Shown one piece after another: positions 10,219 to 19,886 of a stretch of 64,000 bases of DNA. Source of the stretch: Bacillota bacterium. Its GTDB lineage: Bacteria; Bacillota; JAAYKD01. The notes under the pieces are model-generated. The model was not told where the DNA came from. It searched no databases and saw only the letters and a program-made list of their open reading frames with translations. Numbering within the stretch: the first letter of the stretch is position 1; every line of letters starts with the position of its first letter. The DNA is taken from assembly GCA_963666425.2 (NCBI GenBank), contig OY762825.2, positions 2,240,001-2,304,000 on the forward strand, read 5' to 3'. The translations under genes and the position numbers were made by a program.

Positions 10219-11457
10219 ATGGATCATTACCAAAATAATTATAAGCATAATATCAGAGGAGGCTTGCTGGGCACTTTTGTGATGGGATCCGCCAGTTACG
10301 CAGCGACTTTTCTCAAAGCGCTGGGTGGAACGGATCTCCATTTTGCTATGCTGAATGCCTTGCCCGCGATGATTGCTGTTTTAGCACTGATTCCCGGGGC
10401 GATGTTGATTGACAATGCCAAAAACAAATTGAAGACTGTTTTGATCATTTGTTTGATCTCGCGCCTGTTTTTTTTATTCTATGCGGCGATTCCGCTTTTA
10501 CCGCCTGTTCTGCAGCCGCTGGCCTTGGTTTTTTTAATCGGACTGCGCAATGCACCGGAATCGATTTGGCTGATCGGCTATCAATCGCTAATTGGCGATG
10601 TTTTCCCCATGGCTCACCTGAATGAGATCATCGGCAAACGCAACAAATATAACAGCTTGCTGACCATCGGCGCTACTTTTTTGTTGGGAATTTTTCTTTC
10701 TTTGAATGAACGGTTTGCCATCAGTAATTTCACCTTGTTTGAAATTCTCTTCGTCTTTACCTTCCTGGTCGGTTTGACGGAAATTTATCAATATAAACAA
10801 TTTGCTTTTCTGCAAAAGCCGCCTGCCAAGGGAGATCTTCTTGGTAAGAAACTGCTTGGTATCATCAGGACATTGCCAAAACACCCGCAATATGTTCGTT
10901 ATTGTTCGACAGTGATCGTCTTTTATCTTGGTTGGCAAATGGCTTGGCCGCTCTACAGCATTTATCAGTTGAATGTGCTGCAGGCAAATGCAGCTTGGAT
11001 TGGCTATTTTACAATTGTCTCAACCATCACTCAGGTAATCACGATTGAACTCTGGATCAGATTGAGCAGAAAAATCGGCAGTCAGTTCGTGCTTGGAATT
11101 TGTATGTTCCTGATGGCAATTTCTCCTTGTGTCTATGCCCTCAGCGCTACGCTTCCTATGCTTTTATTGGCGCAGATCGTGGTAGGCAGCGGGACAGGCG
11201 GAGTGCTCTTCCTGGTATTCAATGAATTGATCTATGTTTGTCCGCAAGAAAATCGAACGCTGTATATTTCTCTTTTCACCTGTCTGACTCAAATCACCGG
11301 CTCGATCATGCCCTTTGTAGGTACTTACATCAAACAACTCTGGTCGATTTACGCAGCTCTCTATCTCAGCGCTGCAATTCGCTTCGTAGGCGCCGCAATT
11401 TTCCTGTGGGCTTGCAATCGAAATCTAAGGAAAACCGATAAAGCGAAGCAAGCATAA
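10219..11457 (+). CDS. MFS transporter
   Basis: ~12 hydrophobic segments in 412 aa with central hydrophilic loop. Confidence 0.85.
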   Translation: MDHYQNNYKHNIRGGLLGTFVMGSASYAATFLKALGGTDLHFAMLNALPAMIAVLALIPGAMLIDNAKNKLKTVLIICLISRLFFLFYAAIPLLPPVLQPLALVFLIGLRNAPESIWLIGYQSLIGDVFPMAHLNEIIGKRNKYNSLLTIGATFLLGIFLSLNERFAISNFTLFEILFVFTFLVGLTEIYQYKQFAFLQKPPAKGDLLGKKLLGIIRTLPKHPQYVRYCSTVIVFYLGWQMAWPLYSIYQLNVLQANAAWIGYFTIVSTITQVITIELWIRLSRKIGSQFVLGICMFLMAISPCVYALSATLPMLLLAQIVVGSGTGGVLFLVFNELIYVCPQENRTLYISLFTCLTQITGSIMPFVGTYIKQLWSIYAALYLSAAIRFVGAAIFLWACNRNLRKTDKAKQA

Positions 11458-11554
11458 CAAAAAGCCCGACAGATGAAAAATCTGATATGCTCCCCATAGA
11501 GTAGACACTCGAAATAACAAAAAGTTCGAGACTACACAATGGGGAGCTATTATT

Positions 11555-12232
11555 ATGCAAAAAACGAAAGCAACATCAGAAGAAAAGATCAAAGCTGTAG
11601 AAGCAAATCTAGCTGGAGAAGGAAGCCAAGCAGAATGGGCAAAGAAATTCGGGATAGATGAATCATCCTTTCGTCAATGGGTACGAAACTACAAATCAAT
11701 GGGACGAGATGGGCTTAGGCCACAAAAAAACAATAAGAAATATACAATAGAAATGAAGCAGGAAGCCGCACTTGCCTATCTTTCAGGGAAAGGGAGTCAA
11801 ACCGAAATTTGCGAAAGATACAAAATTCGAGCGAACCGGCAATTGCAAACTTGGATAAAGATGTATAATGGTCATAAAGAATTCCGCGCTTCCAGCGGTA
11901 AAGGGAGTGAACTCTATATGACCAGGGGGAGAAAGACGACACGGGAGGAACGAGTTGAGATCGTTAGCTATTGCATAGAGCAAAATAAAGATTATGCTGA
12001 GACGATTGAAAAATATGACGTCAGCTACCAACAAATCTATGCTTGGGTAAAGAAGTATGAAGAACGCGGTGTAGATGGTCTCTCAGACAAACGGGGAAAA
12101 CGGAAAGTAGAAGCTGAAATGACGGAGATAGAGAAGCTACGCGCTGAACACCGACTCCTAACAGCAAGGAACAAAAGACTGGAATTGGAAAATGCTGTCC
12201 TAAAAAAACTCGAGGAATTGAGGAGGAGGTGA
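11555..12232 (+). CDS. IS3-family transposase OrfA (repeated HTH + coiled coil)
   Basis: Three HTH-like repeats, C-terminal LELENAVLKKL; A7C slippery site at ~12202. Confidence 0.92.
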   Translation: MQKTKATSEEKIKAVEANLAGEGSQAEWAKKFGIDESSFRQWVRNYKSMGRDGLRPQKNNKKYTIEMKQEAALAYLSGKGSQTEICERYKIRANRQLQTWIKMYNGHKEFRASSGKGSELYMTRGRKTTREERVEIVSYCIEQNKDYAETIEKYDVSYQQIYAWVKKYEERGVDGLSDKRGKRKVEAEMTEIEKLRAEHRLLTARNKRLELENAVLKKLEELRRR

Positions 12233-13131
12233 CGTTAAGCGGAGTTCGACAGCAAAGTTTATATGTTTGTGTAGAAGGCTTTGCAGAAGAAAACTCCTCT
12301 GTTGCGGAGATCTGTGACATCTTGGAATTAAATCGTTCCAGTTACTACAAATGGACACACAGGGAAAAGAGTCAAAACGAACTGGAGAACGAAAAACTCA
12401 TCCATGAAATTGGATTGATTTATGCCAAGAATAACAGTACGTTTGGATATCGGAGAATTGCTGATGAATATAATGGAAACGAAAAGCACACACAAAAATA
12501 TAACTACAAACGGTTTTACAGATTGACGCAGCTAGTGGGATTGCAGTCCGTCATCCGTCGTAAGCGACCAGCTTACCAAAGATCTAAACCAGAGGTTACG
12601 GCAGAAAACATTCTGAATCGTGAATTCACTGCTGAAAAGCAAAATGAAAAATGGCTGACTGATGTAACCGAGATGAAATACAACCATAACATGGAGAAAC
12701 TCTATTTGAGTGCGATCCTGGATTTAAAGGGAAGAGATATTGTTTCTTTTGCCATTGGGCACAGTAACAATAACCAATTGGTCTTTGACACCTTTGACTT
12801 AGCAGTCCAAAGATATCCGAATGCTCATCCCTTGTTTCATAGTGACCGCGGATTTCAATATACGAGTAAGTCTTTTAAGAGAAAACTGGACCTTGCAGAA
12901 ATGACGCAAAGCATGTCTCGTGTTGGTCGTTGCATTGACAATGGCCCAATGGAAGGCTTCTGGGGAATTCTTAAGTGTGAGATGTATTATCTAGATCAGT
13001 CTGAAGATTATGACTCTCTTGCTAAAGCAATTGAAGATTTCATTCACTATTACAATTATGAACGTCGTCAACACAAGCTGCAGAAACTAGCACCGATGAG
13101 TTACCGGAATCTATTCGAAAAAGCGGCATAA
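12229..13131 (+). CDS. IS3-family transposase OrfB (DDE integrase core)
   Basis: WLTDVTE, FHSDRGFQY, DNGPMEGFWGILKCE. Confidence 0.95.
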   Translation: MTLSGVRQQSLYVCVEGFAEENSSVAEICDILELNRSSYYKWTHREKSQNELENEKLIHEIGLIYAKNNSTFGYRRIADEYNGNEKHTQKYNYKRFYRLTQLVGLQSVIRRKRPAYQRSKPEVTAENILNREFTAEKQNEKWLTDVTEMKYNHNMEKLYLSAILDLKGRDIVSFAIGHSNNNQLVFDTFDLAVQRYPNAHPLFHSDRGFQYTSKSFKRKLDLAEMTQSMSRVGRCIDNGPMEGFWGILKCEMYYLDQSEDYDSLAKAIEDFIHYYNYERRQHKLQKLAPMSYRNLFEKAA

Positions 13132-13283
13132 GTAAAACCGCAAATTTTGAATGGCTGTTTTGACGTCCATTCGAAATTTGCGGTTGCCACAGCGCGCAGC
13201 GCTGTGTTTCCTAAGAGTTTTTTGTTATTTCATCTGTCTACTTGACAGGGAGCAGTTCAATCCGCCGGGCTTTATTTTTTTTT

Positions 13284-14648
13284 TTAGACAACTTCTTCTG
13301 CGGTATGTTTTTTCTCATAACGCTGCAAAACTTTAAAGCTGGAAGCTCCGCCGACCCGCAGCAGAGCACAGATCAGGAAAGCAATTGGAAAGCCGAAAAG
13401 ATCCCTTAAGCCAACACCGACAATGGGAGCAAACACGGCCATGATATTGATAAACGTTTGATGATACGCAAGAAAACTGGTGCGGTTCTTTTCCGGCGCC
13501 GCCTCAAGTGTCGCATTAAAGAGAGAAAGCGTGACACCAGAAAAGACCATGCCGGTAATCAGATTGATGCAAGCAACAAAATACAGGCTTTTCGAAAAAG
13601 CATAGGCCAATGGAACGACGAAAATCCAAATGCCCGAAGAGAAGAGCGTGGCCAGATTACCATTCTTTTGGCTGTATCTTGTCCAGAAGCCGTAACCGAG
13701 TAAGGAACCTCCGGTATTGATCAAGCTTAATAGACTGACCCAGGTATTGTTGGCACCCAAGATCCGCACCTGATAGAGAGAGAACAAAGACCAAGGGATC
13801 ATCATGGCAAAATTGAAGCAAAGAGAAGCGGCGCAGAAGCGCAGAAAACGCTTTTCCTGCCATATTTCCTGCAGGTTTTTTTCCAGGCTTTGCAGCAGAC
13901 TCGTTTTGGCTTGAATGGTCTGTGCTCGCTGTTCAATCGCCTCATCACCCGGCAGGTCCGGTTCATCCATGCGAGAGAAGACCCAGATTTCAACCATAGT
14001 GAGCAAAAAAGAAGTGAAGAAAGCCAGTTGATAGCCAATGGGATAGGAAGCAATATCGAGGAAGCGGCCGGCGAGCAGGGTAAAACAAGTGCCGACCAAA
14101 TTCTGCATTTTATTCCTGGTAGCAATCGATTGCGGACGCAATGCCGGCGGAATGACCCGTGCGATATACGACTGCCAGGAAATCGTACTGATCGAACCGG
14201 GCAGATTCATTAAAGCGATGGTCGCTACCAGCAAAGAGGCGCGCAGACTGGGGCGAAAGAAAGGAATGCAGGCCAATAACAGATAAAAACAGCGATGAAA
14301 AAGCATGGTGATCATCGTGACTTTATGCTTCTTGGCACGTTTATCAATATAGCGTGCACCGGGGATCATCGATAAAACACTGACCAATGCCGGAGCGGAG
14401 GCGAGCAGAGCAACTTGATAATCGGTCGCACCGTTTTTAATCGCGAAGATGCTTAAAAACGGATTGACCAGATTGATCGCCATGATGGACAGGATGCCTT
14501 GCGCCACATTGATTTGCTGATTGCGTTGGAACTGTGCTTCCGATCCATCGGTGTTTTTGTTGCGTAAAAGCTGCCAAAAAGTTTGCGGGTTGGGAAAACT
14601 CAAAACTAAAACCACCTTATTTGTCGATTTTGCCGCACACGTTTCCAA
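13284..14648 (-). CDS. MFS transporter (start uncertain)
   Basis: ~12 TM segments; same subfamily appearance as 10219-11457. Confidence 0.82.
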   Translation of the reverse strand: METCAAKSTNKVVLVLSFPNPQTFWQLLRNKNTDGSEAQFQRNQQINVAQGILSIMAINLVNPFLSIFAIKNGATDYQVALLASAPALVSVLSMIPGARYIDKRAKKHKVTMITMLFHRCFYLLLACIPFFRPSLRASLLVATIALMNLPGSISTISWQSYIARVIPPALRPQSIATRNKMQNLVGTCFTLLAGRFLDIASYPIGYQLAFFTSFLLTMVEIWVFSRMDEPDLPGDEAIEQRAQTIQAKTSLLQSLEKNLQEIWQEKRFLRFCAASLCFNFAMMIPWSLFSLYQVRILGANNTWVSLLSLINTGGSLLGYGFWTRYSQKNGNLATLFSSGIWIFVVPLAYAFSKSLYFVACINLITGMVFSGVTLSLFNATLEAAPEKNRTSFLAYHQTFINIMAVFAPIVGVGLRDLFGFPIAFLICALLRVGGASSFKVLQRYEKKHTAEEVV

Positions 14649-14851
14649 ATCAGAAAGGGGGGAAGAGAATCATCATTTGCTTCCGGTGCAGCATTTTGAG
14701 TAAGTATGATAATTTTCGCCCGGACACCCTGACCTCAAACTGGCACGAATCAAAGCTTTGTTCAAAGACAAGATTATCTAAAAAACAGCACCCGGTTCGC
14801 TTTACGCCGGGTGCCTTCATGTTGCGTCACGCGCAGCAGTTCGTTCTATTT

Positions 14852-15286
14852 TCAGCCGCAATCCTCTTCAGCATCAGCAAGACCTTTGTCCAGCAATTCT
14901 TCTACTTTTTCGGCTACGAAACGCACATATTCGGCGCATTGCTTTTTGGCATTGCTTTCCGGTTTGAGCTTCAAACAGCTTTCCGCCCCGAATTTGTCCG
15001 TGAAAGCTTCATATAAAGCTTTGCCGTATTCTTTCATTTCGTCCTTGCGTGCTTCATTTAAGTTACGGCCAAACCAGCGGCCCAGCGTCAGCATGCCGCC
15101 TGTCAAGGCGCCGCAGACGGAGCCCACACTCATCCCACCGGAAAAAGCGCCGGCCATATGATTTCCTGCATCCATTTCTTCTGCGGTTAAATCATCGGCT
15201 TCGGCTAAAGCAATATAAACGGATTCTGAACAGCTGAAGCCTTTCTCCAGATAGAGCTCAACTGCACGATTGCCTGTTTTTGACAT
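14852..15286 (-). CDS. C-GCAxxG-C-C family putative redox-active protein
   Basis: GFSCSESV, FSGGM..GSVCGALTGG, FGAESC..L, C..YV; start at MSKTG behind AAAGGA. Confidence 0.85.
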   Translation of the reverse strand: MSKTGNRAVELYLEKGFSCSESVYIALAEADDLTAEEMDAGNHMAGAFSGGMSVGSVCGALTGGMLTLGRWFGRNLNEARKDEMKEYGKALYEAFTDKFGAESCLKLKPESNAKKQCAEYVRFVAEKVEELLDKGLADAEEDCG

Positions 15287-15495
15287 GGAAACCATCCTTT
15301 CTATACCCAAAATCATACGCATTGCGTAGATCATTTAGCTGAGATTATAACATGGATTGAGTCAAAATGCAATTCGGAATCCGATCGGGTTCTGGTATAA
15401 AAAGGAGAAAGAAGGACTCAGGAAGCTTTGTCCAGAAAAGAATATATTCAATCTGAAGATAAGCACAAGCCGCTAGAGAAAAGAGGTGTCAAACC

Positions 15496-16947
15496 ATGAG
15501 CACAAAAAACAAAGCGATCATTTATGATTTACGCTTCATTCAGCAAGTAGAGGATTTGTTGACAGAAGCACTGTCGCGGCAGGATTTACAACAAATCAAG
15601 ACACAGCCTGTCAATCAGCTGATTGAAATGATGGAAGCACGGCCCGCGGATTTTTTAGCCGCTCTGGTGATGCAGTTTCGTAAACCATATGAACAGAAGC
15701 GGCTGAATTTCTTGGCTTGGCTGATGACAGAAGGCGATCTGCCGGGTGTGGAGGAAGCTTTATATCGGGTGATGGGCAATCCGAAAATCCCGGATATGCA
15801 GCGGATGGCGGCAGCAACGATTCTGACGGACTTGGGTGAGAACGTCGATAAAGAAGAATTATTGCTGTCATTACAGGACTCTATGTCGATTTTAAGATAT
15901 TATTACGACGAGTATTTACGTGCGATTGCCGATGAGGATGAAAACCTGGATAAGCTGGCAGAGGAATTCTGCGATTTGGATGAGGAGCTGCAGATTGAGT
16001 GTATGGCAGCCATCTCTCAGCAAAAAACAAAGCGCGCCGCTATGTTCCTTTGGCTGCTCAGTTTACAGCGGGAAGAGTGGTATCAGGAAGAAGCCTATGA
16101 TTTGCACCGGAAACTTGTCCTGCTTGGTGTTCCATTTTTGGATCCTGTGCAGCGCATGAAGGAAAGCGTGCCAATTAGTCTGAAAATTAGTCATAGCAGA
16201 GACGATTGCTTGGTTCTAATCCTGCTGGCTTGGCAGACTGAGGGCTTTGTGGAGTACGTTTATTTCTATCTCAACGCTTATATGCAGGAAGGTCGCGGCA
16301 TCCAATTTAATAGCGAGAGAGTGCCAATCAAGCAATTCTATGCTTATTTTGAACATGCCAGATTTAACACGGACATCAAAATGCAGGATACTGATCTGCT
16401 GACCTGTCGCTATTTATTGGCAGATGCGGTAGCACTTGCCGAGGCGAGCCAGCGTAATGTGGAGCTGCCCATGAAATACCATTGGCTGATTGAAGAACTG
16501 GCAGAAAAAAAAGATGCAGACTACCAGGTATTCAATCGTTCTCTGTATCGCTGCAAATTAGGTCCGAAGAATTTGCTGACGATTTTTTGCAGAGCTTGGG
16601 GCAGCCAGGATTGGGGAATGCTCTGGGATTTATATGAACCAAGCGCAGCGCCGCTCGGGCGAATGGAATATGTGCAAGCCATGTCGGCACGTGCCATCAA
16701 AGAGAAATTGTTCTTCAGTTTTGCCGGCTTCCAGATGGCGGAGGGGAAAACCAAGAGAACGGCAGTCGTTCGCCTGGAATATCAATTAAATAGCAGCCAC
16801 TTTGAAGCCGTTTGGCATGTGCTGATCAGCAAATTGGAAACGGAGTGGTATATTAGCGAAATTCGCGATCAACAGGAAAAACCATGGCTCTTTCCTTTCC
16901 CGGAGAATTCGATGCAGGATATCTTGCGGTTACCTTTGAAACGTTGA
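15496..16947 (+). CDS. Hypothetical protein, helical (HEAT-like) N-half
   Basis: 483-aa ORF with GAGGTG RBS; no recognisable catalytic motif. Confidence 0.7.
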   Translation: MSTKNKAIIYDLRFIQQVEDLLTEALSRQDLQQIKTQPVNQLIEMMEARPADFLAALVMQFRKPYEQKRLNFLAWLMTEGDLPGVEEALYRVMGNPKIPDMQRMAAATILTDLGENVDKEELLLSLQDSMSILRYYYDEYLRAIADEDENLDKLAEEFCDLDEELQIECMAAISQQKTKRAAMFLWLLSLQREEWYQEEAYDLHRKLVLLGVPFLDPVQRMKESVPISLKISHSRDDCLVLILLAWQTEGFVEYVYFYLNAYMQEGRGIQFNSERVPIKQFYAYFEHARFNTDIKMQDTDLLTCRYLLADAVALAEASQRNVELPMKYHWLIEELAEKKDADYQVFNRSLYRCKLGPKNLLTIFCRAWGSQDWGMLWDLYEPSAAPLGRMEYVQAMSARAIKEKLFFSFAGFQMAEGKTKRTAVVRLEYQLNSSHFEAVWHVLISKLETEWYISEIRDQQEKPWLFPFPENSMQDILRLPLKR

Positions 16948-17066
16948 CAATGAAAAGTGAAATGCTGTCGAATCGTTAAGAATTCTGATAGGGTGATAGG
17001 AATCTTGTCAGTGGGGCAGAAATGGTAAGTAGAAGCTTTGCTGATGAATTGTGAGGAGGAACGATT

Positions 17067-18182
17067 GTGGACGCAGGAAAAATCATAAAACTATTCGCCG
17101 GCACGGCAAGCCGTCGTTTGGGAGAACGAATCGTCGATCATTTAAAAACAGAATTACCGGAAACAGCAGGTCACAAACATTTGGAGAAATATCGCCTTGG
17201 TGATATTACGGTGAAAAAGTTTTCCAATGATAATACTTTTGTTAAATTGGAAGAAACAGTACGGGAAGCCGATACCTTTATCATCCAATCTTCCGGAGTA
17301 CCGGTGAATGACCGATTGATGGAATTGCTGCTGACGATCGATGCCATGCGCCGCAGTTCAGCCGGACGCATCACAGCGATCCTGCCCTATTTTCCCTACT
17401 CGCGCTCAGATAAAATCGATCAGCCCCGCATTCCGCTGACGGCCAGACTGGTAGCGGATTTAATTGAAGCGGCCGGTGCCGATCACATTGTTGTCATGGA
17501 TCTGCATGCCGACCAAATTCAGGGCTATTTTAATATTCCGGTCGATCATCTGAAGGCGACCAGTATTCTGGCTTCTTATGTCAGAGAGAATATATTAAAG
17601 GGCTTGAGTAAGAAAGAATTAGCGAGTTGGACTGTGATCTCACCGGATGCCGGCTCTGCCAAGCGTGCGCAGAGCTTTGCTTCCAAGTTAAACCTACCCT
17701 TGGCGGTTGTGCTCAAAGAACGTCAGGGTAATGAAGATGTCTCTGAAATTATGCATGTCATCGGTGATATTGATGGCAAGAACGCGATTGTCTTTGACGA
17801 TGAAATTGATACTGCCGGTTCCATGATGAACGCGATTACTGCCCTCTGTGAAAATTTTGGGGTAAAACGCGTAATCGCTGTGGCAACGCACGGGATTTTC
17901 TCCGGTGCCGCCCTGCGCCGGATTGAAGAAAATAAGTATTTGCAGGAAGTCGTGGTCACTGACACGCTGGATGTCCCAGAAAAAGGCGAGACCGTGACCA
18001 AGTGCTATTTATCCGGAGGGAAGATGGTGGAAGATCGGATTACCGTGACGAAAATCCGGGTTTGCTCTGTCTCGGAATTGTTTGCTGCTACCATCCGTTC
18101 CATTCATTTGGGAGAGAGTGTGACCCATCTCTATCAGCGCTGGGAAATTAATGATCCCACCGATAATAACGAAACCATTTAG
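17067..18182 (+). CDS. prs: Ribose-phosphate pyrophosphokinase
   Basis: PYFPYSRSDK, MDLHADQIQGYF, SPDAG, VFDDEIDTAGS, ATHGIFS. Confidence 0.95.
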   Translation: MDAGKIIKLFAGTASRRLGERIVDHLKTELPETAGHKHLEKYRLGDITVKKFSNDNTFVKLEETVREADTFIIQSSGVPVNDRLMELLLTIDAMRRSSAGRITAILPYFPYSRSDKIDQPRIPLTARLVADLIEAAGADHIVVMDLHADQIQGYFNIPVDHLKATSILASYVRENILKGLSKKELASWTVISPDAGSAKRAQSFASKLNLPLAVVLKERQGNEDVSEIMHVIGDIDGKNAIVFDDEIDTAGSMMNAITALCENFGVKRVIAVATHGIFSGAALRRIEENKYLQEVVVTDTLDVPEKGETVTKCYLSGGKMVEDRITVTKIRVCSVSELFAATIRSIHLGESVTHLYQRWEINDPTDNNETI

Positions 18183-18231
18183 TCTCTGCTGCCCCGTACT
18201 GTCGGTTTGATCGGCTGCGGCCAGCGCATAC

Positions 18232-18260
18232 AGCCGATCGCCGCGCACGATCGGCTTTTT
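18232..18260 (+). terminator. Intrinsic terminator after prs
   Basis: AGCCGATCG-ccgcgca-CGATCGGCT followed by TTTT. Confidence 0.7.
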
Positions 18261-18375
18261 CTATCTACTGTAATGTAAGAAAAATCAGGAAGCCATGCTC
18301 TTTTAAATGAAGCAGAGCCTGGATATAAAGCAAATTCGGATCAATGCTTGTCTAAAAGTGAAGGAGGATGCGACC

Positions 18376-19152
18376 ATGAGGAAGATGATTGACTTAAACA
18401 GCGATATGGGAGAATCTTTTGGCGCTTATCGCTATGGCGCTGACCAGGATATTGTGGAGTTTATTTCTTCTGCTAATATCGCTTGTGGCTGGCATGCCGG
18501 TGATGCGGTCGTCATGGATCAAAGCACGAAGCTATGTCGTACGCATCAAGTTGCGATGGGAGCACATCCCGGATTCCCCGATTTGCTCGGCTTTGGCCGA
18601 CGTAACATGAACTGCTCCGCAGCCGAAATCCGTGCTTATCTGATTTATCAGATCGGTGCGCTGCAGGCATTTGCACACAGCCAGGGGATTGAATTGTCAC
18701 ATGTCAAACCCCATGGCAATTTGTATAATATGGCCGGTCAGGACTTAAAGATGGCACTGGCCATCGCTGAAGGGGTAAAAGCGGTGAATCCAAAATTGAT
18801 TCTGGTTGGACTGGCCGGTTCTCAGCTTTGCCGGGCGGGTTATCAAACGGGATTGCAGGTGGCCGAAGAAGTCTTTGCCGATCGCGGTTATCGTGCGGAT
18901 GGCAGCCTTGTCCCCCGCGGCGAACCGGGGGCGATGATTGAAACTTTGCAAGAAGCGGTCAGTCGGATTGTTCATTTGGTGGAAACCGGTGAAATGATTG
19001 CCAATGACGGCAGTATCTTAAAGTTGGAAGCGCATACCGTCTGTCTGCATGGTGATACACCCGGAGCAGCGGCGTATGCCAAAGCCATCCGTCAAATGCT
19101 GACCGAAAAAGGGATTACGATCGCTCCCATGGCAGAGGTGATTCGGCAATGA
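18376..19152 (+). CDS. pxpA: 5-oxoprolinase subunit A (LamB/YcsF)
   Basis: IDLNSDMGESFG, ANIACGWHAGD, HVKPHG, EVFADRGY, CLHGD; ATG behind AAGGAGG. Confidence 0.95.
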   Translation: MRKMIDLNSDMGESFGAYRYGADQDIVEFISSANIACGWHAGDAVVMDQSTKLCRTHQVAMGAHPGFPDLLGFGRRNMNCSAAEIRAYLIYQIGALQAFAHSQGIELSHVKPHGNLYNMAGQDLKMALAIAEGVKAVNPKLILVGLAGSQLCRAGYQTGLQVAEEVFADRGYRADGSLVPRGEPGAMIETLQEAVSRIVHLVETGEMIANDGSILKLEAHTVCLHGDTPGAAAYAKAIRQMLTEKGITIAPMAEVIRQ

Positions 19153-19886
19153 GCAGCCCTCGCTTCTTAAGACAGGGTGAAAGCGGTTTGGTAGTGGAGT
19201 TTGGCGACCGTATCGATCCCACTTTGGTAGCGCAGGTGCGCAGCCTGGAAAACGCCTTACAGCGGGAAAATATCGCTGCCATTCGGGAAACGATTCCCAC
19301 CTATCGCTCCCTGCTGATTGCCTACGATCCGCTGCAGCTGCACTTTGACGATTTAAAGCATGAAGTCGAGCGTTTGCTGCAGCATGTCTCGCATGAAACG
19401 GCAGAAGCGGAAGTCGTGGAAATTCCTGTTTGTTATGGCGGTCTCTTCGGACCCGATCTGCACGATGTAGCAGAACATGCCGGCGTAACGGAAGAGAAGG
19501 TGATCGAACTGCACAGCTCGGTCGATTATTTGATTTATATGCTGGGCTTCACGCCGGGTTTTCCTTATCTGGGCGGTTTGCCGCCGGAAATTGCCTGTCC
19601 GCGTTTGCCTTCTCCCCGCACAGCGGTACCGATCGGATCCGTCGGCATAGCGGAAACACAGACGGGCGTCTATCCCTTGGAAACACCCGGTGGCTGGCGC
19701 CTGATTGGGCGGACGCCGCTGAAACTCTTTAATCCCCAGCTGGACCAACCGGTTTTACTGAAAGCCGGTGACTATCTGCGCTTTTCACCGATCAGTTTAG
19801 CCGATTATGAGAGGATCCAACAAGAGGTTTCACTGAATGCTTATCAAGTGATCCGCCGCCGGAAAGAGGGAGGCGATGTCCGATGA
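19149..19886 (+). CDS. pxpB: 5-oxoprolinase subunit B (KipI/CT_C_D)
   Basis: IPVCYGG..GPDL, LGFTPGFPYLGGL, TPGGWRLIGRTP; ATGA overlap. Confidence 0.95.
   Translation: MSSPRFLRQGESGLVVEFGDRIDPTLVAQVRSLENALQRENIAAIRETIPTYRSLLIAYDPLQLHFDDLKHEVERLLQHVSHETAEAEVVEIPVCYGGLFGPDLHDVAEHAGVTEEKVIELHSSVDYLIYMLGFTPGFPYLGGLPPEIACPRLPSPRTAVPIGSVGIAETQTGVYPLETPGGWRLIGRTPLKLFNPQLDQPVLLKAGDYLRFSPISLADYERIQQEVSLNAYQVIRRRKEGGDVR

Larger units (their letters stand above)
11483..13259 (+). mobile_element. Complete IS3-family (IS150-group-like) insertion sequence
   Basis: 41-bp imperfect TIRs (32/41): TGATATGCTCCCCATAGAGTAGAC... and revcomp TGAACTGCTCCCTGTCAAGTAGAC...; TG..CA ends; 3-bp target duplication ATC (11480-82, 13260-62); orfA/orfB; AT-rich. 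Confidence 0.95.
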
